Part shown: positions 58,471 to 64,000 of the stretch, in pieces
Numbering within the stretch: position 1 is the stretch's first letter
Layout of the letters: each line of letters opens with the position of its first letter
Assembly: GCA_041573795.1 (NCBI GenBank)
Contig: JBFFQB010000001.1
Span: forward strand, 82,876 to 146,875
Direction: 5' to 3'
From: Anaerolineales bacterium
GTDB lineage: Bacteria > Chloroflexota > Anaerolineae > Anaerolineales > E44-bin32
DNA length: 64,000 nucleotides
Notes under the pieces: generated by a model
What the model was told of the DNA's origin: nothing
What the model saw: the letters and a program-made list of their open reading frames with translations, nothing else
The model's database searches: none
Position numbers and translations under genes: made by a program

Positions 58471-59282
58471 TCTGTAGCTGTGGTCGTAGCTGTGGGCTGC
58501 AGCAATTGTACGGTGAAATTATCGAAGGATGCCGTTGTCTGGCCACTCAGACGCGCGCGTACAAGTAGCCCAACCCTGCCGGCAGATAGGGCGAGATCGC
58601 GATCGCTAAATAGTTCCTCCCCGTTTACGAAAAAGCTGAATTGATCATTCTGCATTAAGACCCCCAAACGATTGGATAGGAATAATCCAGGGAAGATGGT
58701 TGTGGAACGAGAATTTGGAACAATTATTCGCTCGGCACCTTCCACAACGCCAACAACACGGGCTTCTCCCTCACAAGTGAGCACGAAACGATAGTGCTCA
58801 AACGAATCGTTGATCCGGAAACCAATACCAAACTCATCATTGTCGGAACACAATTCGGGACGGACATCAACTTCGATATATGCGTTATACAGTGGGTCAA
58901 CCGGGCTGATGGCCATATAAAGACCATTGGTTTGCCGTACGGAGACAATTAGACGTCCCTCGCTGAAACTTATTCCACCCGGTGCGAGTTCTGCGGCATC
59001 CCAATTCATACTACTAGAAAAATCATCGTGAAAGATTATTGTTCCCAATTCGGAAACAAGATCCGGGGTAGGAGATCCAGTCGGAAGAGGTGTGAAGGTT
59101 GAAGTAGGAATCAAAGTTGGGAACGCTACTGTAGCGGTTGGCGGCTGAGGGGTGGCCGTCGGTAACGCTTGTACTGGGAGCTCAAACGGTACACATCCTG
59201 ACATGGTGAAAGCAAGGCTGTATAGGAGCAGCGCCTTTATATGGGCTAAAGTCATAGTCTTCTCATCAGCGGATATGGTCAA
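58467..59282 (-). CDS. secreted/lipoprotein paralog 3 (PT-rich linker + ConA/LamG-like beta-sandwich, inferred)
   Basis: Lipobox-like FTMSGC, Pro/Thr linker, domain with Cys pair (ELCSDNDEFGIGFRI...VLTCEG), ending in FDNFTV. Confidence 0.65.
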   Translation of the reverse strand: MTISADEKTMTLAHIKALLLYSLAFTMSGCVPFELPVQALPTATPQPPTATVAFPTLIPTSTFTPLPTGSPTPDLVSELGTIIFHDDFSSSMNWDAAELAPGGISFSEGRLIVSVRQTNGLYMAISPVDPLYNAYIEVDVRPELCSDNDEFGIGFRINDSFEHYRFVLTCEGEARVVGVVEGAERIIVPNSRSTTIFPGLFLSNRLGVLMQNDQFSFFVNGEELFSDRDLALSAGRVGLLVRARLSGQTTASFDNFTVQLLQPTATTTATD

Positions 59283-59405
59283 TAGATTTGCTCAAGCTTG
59301 ACCAACATGTGCATGTGACGCTAGAACGTGCTGAAGCTGAGGATACATCCTTTTACAGAATCCGAAAATAGATGGGCAAGGTATTGCAGGTATTGCTGAT
59401 GAGGG

Positions 59406-60242
59406 CTAAGGTGTTACATACCAGAGTTTAAAATCATCAAACGTCACTGTCAGTCCCGCCGTAATTTGTGCATTGGCGTAAAGTCCATAATTACCAGAAA
59501 AGAAGGTTGCATCTTCCGCTTGGGCAAGTACTTCTCCGTTGGCAACAGGGTAGAGCTGGTTTCCGACAGCAAGTAACCCCATGGTGTTGCTGCTACCATC
59601 GGTGCTGATGAATTGGCTGGGGGTCCAATCCAAGAGAGTTTGGATAGTGCCTGAAAAGAGTTTTCTTAGGCGGTAACTACCATCGCATGAAAATTCAAGC
59701 ATATATCCACTATCTCGATTCTCGGGTTCAACACGAACCGCAAGGCCGTAGGCATCCTTACCACTGCACTCACCAATCTCTGCACTAACTTCAACGTAGA
59801 TGTTTCCGGCATCGATGTCGGGAACAGTTGTGCTCCACCAGAGGAAGGAGTCGGCAAGGTAATCCGTAGCACGATGAGTGCCTTCAAGAGTGATGTTTGA
59901 TGCACCCTCAAAACTTGGTCCTACCCAGGTAACGTTGGAACTGAAATCATCCCAATAGTCTGGGGCTGATAGGTTCAATCCGAAGCGCGGATCATCTTCA
60001 TCGAGGGGGATGGGGGTGGGGACGTCCGTAGGGGCTTCGGTTGGCGTTGGGCTCGCTGTCGGCGTGGACGTGATCAAGGGAGTGGCGCTGGGAGGAGGCG
60101 TATTCGTGGGAAAGGATGGTTGCGGAGGAACCACTGAACCTTGAAGGTCTTCTTGTGGTTCTCCCACGGGTGCTGGTCGGGTGCAGGCAACGATAAGCAG
60201 CAGAAGAGAGAGTGTGATTAGGAATCGATGGTTATGCCTCAT
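59406..60242 (-). CDS. secreted/lipoprotein paralog 2
   Basis: MRHNHRFLITLSLLLLIVAC lipobox, PT linker, GECSGKDAYGLAVRV...EFSCDGSYRL, ending in FDDFKLW. ATGA overlap with the upstream gene. Confidence 0.65.
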   Translation of the reverse strand: MRHNHRFLITLSLLLLIVACTRPAPVGEPQEDLQGSVVPPQPSFPTNTPPPSATPLITSTPTASPTPTEAPTDVPTPIPLDEDDPRFGLNLSAPDYWDDFSSNVTWVGPSFEGASNITLEGTHRATDYLADSFLWWSTTVPDIDAGNIYVEVSAEIGECSGKDAYGLAVRVEPENRDSGYMLEFSCDGSYRLRKLFSGTIQTLLDWTPSQFISTDGSSNTMGLLAVGNQLYPVANGEVLAQAEDATFFSGNYGLYANAQITAGLTVTFDDFKLWYVTP

Positions 60243-61168
60243 GGAATAAATGGTATATTCCAAAAGGCAAAATCGTCAAATGTCGCCGTAAGGTCATATG
60301 TGACAGCGGAACGGACATAAGCTGCGAAATAGCCAAAGCTGTATGGCATGATCGCATCCCAATACTCCCCAACCTCGAAGCCATTTACAAACAGGTAAAA
60401 CTTGCCGTCATAGCCCCAGATCCCTAATCGGTTCGTGGCGCCCAGGCCAGAGTTGATTGTATCGGAGGTCGTCCAGTCGATCAGAATCGCGGTTGGCCCT
60501 GTTTCTCGGTAGCGCAGCAAGCGCCAGGCACCATCACAGGATACTTCAAACGCATAGCCAGTGGGCGTCTTTTCCTGGTCGATGCGGATCGTAAGGCCAA
60601 CGGCGTCTTTACCAGCACAATCCCCGTTCGTGGTACTTATTTCCGCGTACACACGCCCTGATTGCATATAGGTGTAAGACCAGTAAACATTCTTGTTCAA
60701 CGGGTCGTAATCAACGCCAAAAAGGTGTCCGTCCTCCACCCGGTAGGCGGCAAAGTTCTCCGTGTCGTAGTCATACCAGGTATCGGGGTTATTGAAGTAA
60801 TCGACATGATCCGGATTAGCCAAATCGAGAAGATTGCGAGGATCTTCGGGATCGCTTAGCGCGAAAGGTGTCGGAGTTGGTTCCAGCTCAAGTCGCCGGG
60901 CGCTCGAAGTGGGGCTCACCTCTGGGGGAGGTGCTGCAGGTTCCTCTTCGGAGGGGGCTTCTACGGCTTGCTCCCCGCTTTCGGCTTCAATAGCAGAGGT
61001 TGGCTCCAAAGCAATTGGATCCTGGACGACAGATTCTTCACCAGCGGCAGGAACACTACTTCTGCCCATCGAATAGGCAATATAAAGCAGCGCAAGAAGA
61101 AGCAACACCGCAAGGACAATTATGATTACGCGCTCGAGACTGAGACCCTTGCTTTCCGACGTACTCAT
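60239..61168 (-). CDS. membrane-anchored paralog 1
   Basis: N-terminal TM, acidic/Pro linker, GDCAGKDAVGLTIRI...EVSCDGAWRL, ending in FDDFAFW. Confidence 0.65.
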   Translation of the reverse strand: MSTSESKGLSLERVIIIVLAVLLLLALLYIAYSMGRSSVPAAGEESVVQDPIALEPTSAIEAESGEQAVEAPSEEEPAAPPPEVSPTSSARRLELEPTPTPFALSDPEDPRNLLDLANPDHVDYFNNPDTWYDYDTENFAAYRVEDGHLFGVDYDPLNKNVYWSYTYMQSGRVYAEISTTNGDCAGKDAVGLTIRIDQEKTPTGYAFEVSCDGAWRLLRYRETGPTAILIDWTTSDTINSGLGATNRLGIWGYDGKFYLFVNGFEVGEYWDAIMPYSFGYFAAYVRSAVTYDLTATFDDFAFWNIPFIP

Positions 61169-61329
61169 GGCAACCTCCTGATTAAGGCGCAGTGATTGGA
61201 GAGTGTGTTATCTAAGTTGTGCATAAATGGTGCGGAGGAACCTTATCCCTCGAGATAATCACCCTAAGCTTAGGTCGGGTTATAATCCCGGCGGCATAGA
61301 ACGTAGGTCCTAAATTACAGGAGGGGCAT

Positions 61330-62298
61330 GTGGAATACCGCAAAATGGGAAGTTGCGGGCTAAAACTGAGCGCGATCTCACTCGGAGCGTGGGTTACCTT
61401 CGGTGATCAGATCGATGCCAGGACAGCCAAGGATCTTACCCATCGAGCCTATGAGGCGGGGGTTAATTTCTTCGATAATGCAGACATTTATGCCAATGGC
61501 AAGGCTGAAGAGGTAATGGGAGGGGCAATCAAAGAACTGCAGCGCGAGAGTCTAATTATTTCAAGCAAGGTGTACTGGCGGACTATGCCGGGGCCCAACG
61601 GCAAGGGCCTTTCACGTAAGCACATCATGGAGTCATGTGAAGCTTCCCTCCGCCGGTTGGGACTCGATTATCTCGACATTTATTTTTGCCATCGCTATGA
61701 TCATGAAACGCCCTTGGATGAGGTCGTGAGAGCCATGGATGACCTCGTACGGCAAGGCAAAGTCCTCTACTGGGGGACTTCAGAATGGAGGGCGGCACAA
61801 ATCGCCCATGCTTATGGTATCGCCGAGACTTGGGGTTGTTATGCGCCAGCTGTTGAGCAACCCCAATACAGTATGCTTGTCCGAAGCAAGGTTGAGCGTG
61901 AATTGGTGCCAGCGGTGGATGATTATGGCTTTGGGATGGTTACCTGGAGTCCATTGAAATTTGGATTATTAAGCGGCAAGTACAACCAGGGGGATCCAGC
62001 TGAGAAGACTCGCCTCACGCGAGAACCGGAGTGGGGAAAGGAAGTCATAACAAACGAACATCTTGAAAAGGTGCGGCAGTTGACGGATCTGGCGGGCGAG
62101 TTGGGAGCCACGACTGCGCAGCTGGCGATTGCATGGCTGTTACGGTTCCCCCAGGTGAGCAGTGTTATCACAGGAGCAACGAAAGTTGAACATCTTGAGG
62201 ATAACCTTGGTGCGTTGAGTGTCGCTGAGAAATTAACCCCTGAGGTTCTCGAGCGAATTGAAATGATCCTCGCTAACAAACCAGAAGATGAAGAGTAA
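61330..62298 (+). CDS. aldo/keto reductase (Kv-beta-like subgroup)
   Basis: MEYRKMGSCGLKLSAISLGAW, FDNADIYANGKAEE, catalytic Y/K context. GTG start after AGGAGG. Confidence 0.9.
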   Translation: MEYRKMGSCGLKLSAISLGAWVTFGDQIDARTAKDLTHRAYEAGVNFFDNADIYANGKAEEVMGGAIKELQRESLIISSKVYWRTMPGPNGKGLSRKHIMESCEASLRRLGLDYLDIYFCHRYDHETPLDEVVRAMDDLVRQGKVLYWGTSEWRAAQIAHAYGIAETWGCYAPAVEQPQYSMLVRSKVERELVPAVDDYGFGMVTWSPLKFGLLSGKYNQGDPAEKTRLTREPEWGKEVITNEHLEKVRQLTDLAGELGATTAQLAIAWLLRFPQVSSVITGATKVEHLEDNLGALSVAEKLTPEVLERIEMILANKPEDEE

Positions 62299-62360
62299 AG
62301 TTTTCCTGCAGATCCCGTTTGCGGAGGTGGGGATCACTACGCGGGTGAAGGGATTCCGTA

Positions 62361-63353
62361 CTAGCTAAATTGGGGAAGTTCGGATTTAAGGACGAAGCCA
62401 CCTTCCTGATCGAAATCGATCCGATCGGCGAAAGATCGGCCAATATCCTCGAGAAAATCAACAGCCCAGACAGCGTCCATATCAAGATCATCTAACTTGC
62501 GATTTGGTGGGAGCGTAATCCCGAGCTCCTGGATAACATCTTCAGCAAGGTCGAGTTGATATCTGCGAAGATCGATGCGGCCGGTTTCATCGTACTCCTT
62601 GCGGGTTACGAAGGTCTGCCACTCCGTCGCGTCTTCGAGAGCCTCGGCTAGTGCCCAAAGGCCCCATTGCAGCACATTGGCCTTGAAGGCATTGATGCGG
62701 TGGGGTCGTGCGCCTGTCCCAAATGACAAGAGGCGTGTATCACCTGGCAAGTAGCGGCCAGCGCTGTAATGCAGCGCTTCGACGGCAGTATGGTAAGAAG
62801 GGTTTCCGGCAACCCCTACTCCACCATCTACCCATGTGTGCTCCACACCACGCACCTCCGCTTGATGAGCAGGAAAGTAGGTTGGCGCAGCAATGCTGGC
62901 CAGAACAGCATCCTTTAGCGTGATCGTCCCCCATAAGCTGGCATTTCCCGGACCATCGCGAACGAAAAAGTCAGTGCGACTGGACTCTACATTCTTCGCG
63001 GTGATTAACACGTCTTTGGTTAATTGATTCAATTGCCGATTTGCGCCGATGTCATCAAGCTGCCGCTCGATGAAATCATTGCTGTAGCGATGGTTGCCAA
63101 GGTTGAGCAAGATCTGCCACCAGGGCAGACGCTGAAAAGCCTTCCGGGCTAGATCTCGGTACAGGGCAAGAATACCGCGAGCGCTCAACCCGAGCGCAAT
63201 CCCTCCAGCGATAATGGCACCTGTCGATGTACCTGCCACCATGTCAAAGAGTTCGGGAGCTGATTTTCCCTCTTTCTTCTCGAGTTCAACCAAACAGGCC
63301 AGAGGGATAATGCCGCGAATGCCGCCACCATCCACGCTAAGGATGGTTTTCAT
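62361..63353 (-). CDS. patatin-like phospholipase
   Basis: GGGIRG oxyanion hole, GTSTG nucleophile elbow, VDGGV catalytic Asp. GGAGGGAG upstream of ATG 63353. Confidence 0.9.
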   Translation of the reverse strand: MKTILSVDGGGIRGIIPLACLVELEKKEGKSAPELFDMVAGTSTGAIIAGGIALGLSARGILALYRDLARKAFQRLPWWQILLNLGNHRYSNDFIERQLDDIGANRQLNQLTKDVLITAKNVESSRTDFFVRDGPGNASLWGTITLKDAVLASIAAPTYFPAHQAEVRGVEHTWVDGGVGVAGNPSYHTAVEALHYSAGRYLPGDTRLLSFGTGARPHRINAFKANVLQWGLWALAEALEDATEWQTFVTRKEYDETGRIDLRRYQLDLAEDVIQELGITLPPNRKLDDLDMDAVWAVDFLEDIGRSFADRIDFDQEGGFVLKSELPQFS

Positions 63354-63397
63354 AATGTTCTCCCTCCAAACCACTCAGACTTGCTATCGTCATTTTC

Positions 63398-64000
63398 TCA
63401 GACCCTATCATGCCTCTCAGCCTTTTCGATGGGCACAATGTTGACTGTATCAAAATGAAATTCACGCTGGAAGGCAGCGATAATTGCGGAATGAACAGTA
63501 GACATCGATGGAGGTTTTTCAAAGAGATCGGCTAACGAGATCGCTGGATAGTCAGCCAGCCCACAGGCGATAATCCCCTCCCAATAAGTCATATCAGGAT
63601 TGACGTTAAGTGCGAACCCGTGCCGGCTGATCCCCCGGGAATCAACTTTGACGCCTATGGAGGCGATCTTAGAAGGTTGGATTCTTGCAGCCGGAGGGCA
63701 ATGTCGACAGCGCGAGGCCACATCGGGTTGGACCCAGACACCGGTCAGATCCGGTATCTGACCACTGACCAGCCCGAGTTGTGCCAGTGCTCGAATGATG
63801 ACCTTCTCCAGCTTGCGAATATAGCCTACGTAATCAGCCTTAGGAAGATGACCGTTATGGTCGACTTGCCCGAGTGCGAGAAGGGGGTAGCCTACCAGCT
63901 GACCCGGTCCATGGTAGGTCACATCGCCTCCGCGATCGATCCAGTGAACTTCTACCCCGCGCGTATCGAGCTCGATCTGATTCCAAAGTAGATTTTGAGC
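63398..64000 (-). CDS. lipB: lipoyl(octanoyl) transferase, 5' end outside window
   Basis: RGGDVTYHGPGQLVGYP and KIASIGVKV motifs. Frame is open to the window edge. Confidence 0.9.
   Translation of the reverse strand, partial: AQNLLWNQIELDTRGVEVHWIDRGGDVTYHGPGQLVGYPLLALGQVDHNGHLPKADYVGYIRKLEKVIIRALAQLGLVSGQIPDLTGVWVQPDVASRCRHCPPAARIQPSKIASIGVKVDSRGISRHGFALNVNPDMTYWEGIIACGLADYPAISLADLFEKPPSMSTVHSAIIAAFQREFHFDTVNIVPIEKAERHDRV

Noticed and set aside
61298-61311. AGAACGTAGGTCCT downstream of a TATAAT (61281-61286) before the aldo/keto reductase gene, as a third LexA box
   Set aside because: One arm is GTCC instead of GTTC, a mismatch in the conserved core. There is no second site or functional rationale. 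Worth including only in a genome-wide PSSM scan.
62361-63353. Patatin-like phospholipase as effector of a CBASS-type or other defence system
   Set aside because: No cyclase, sensor, NTPase or other defence-associated gene is adjacent; the neighbours are lipB and an aldo/keto reductase. It is more likely a lipid-metabolism enzyme.

Overview
Gene-dense chromosomal window with about 55 CDS on both strands and GC in the low-to-mid 50s % (estimated by eye). The gene content fits a Chloroflexota (Anaerolineae-like) genome: SpoVS, giant multi-GAF kinases, Pro/Thr-rich secreted proteins, a 4-domain S1 and Cheo-type SOS boxes. This taxon call is inference only. Housekeeping genes recognised from motifs are purA, acnA, ADP-forming acetyl-CoA synthetase, rnhB, pcm, hsp20, htrA, cbpA-like dnaJ, rpsA, clpC, radA, dnaA, priA, holA, holB, spoVS, two deoxynucleoside kinases and lipB (partial). 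I saw no rRNA, tRNA, CRISPR array, transposase or integrase. The most interesting signal is a near-consensus sigma70 promoter at 49848-49877 with two perfect GAAC-N4-GTTC (Cheo/LexA-type) palindromes, one in its spacer and one over its predicted start site. It drives a three-gene cassette of unknown function at 49927-51486: a truncated soluble FtsK/SpoIIIE-like ATPase plus two small, translationally coupled proteins I could not place in any family. That makes it a candidate undescribed SOS-inducible module. Secondary observations: a dNK / NTase-fold / dNK operon beside an orphan DNA methyltransferase and three tandem secreted paralogs; a receiver domain whose phospho-acceptor Asp is replaced by Ser; a 0.58-kb repeat- and hairpin-rich non-coding region upstream of dnaA with no dnaN downstream; operator-like repeats upstream of clpC and hsp20. 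Everything is from reading the sequence and ORF track; no searches were run.
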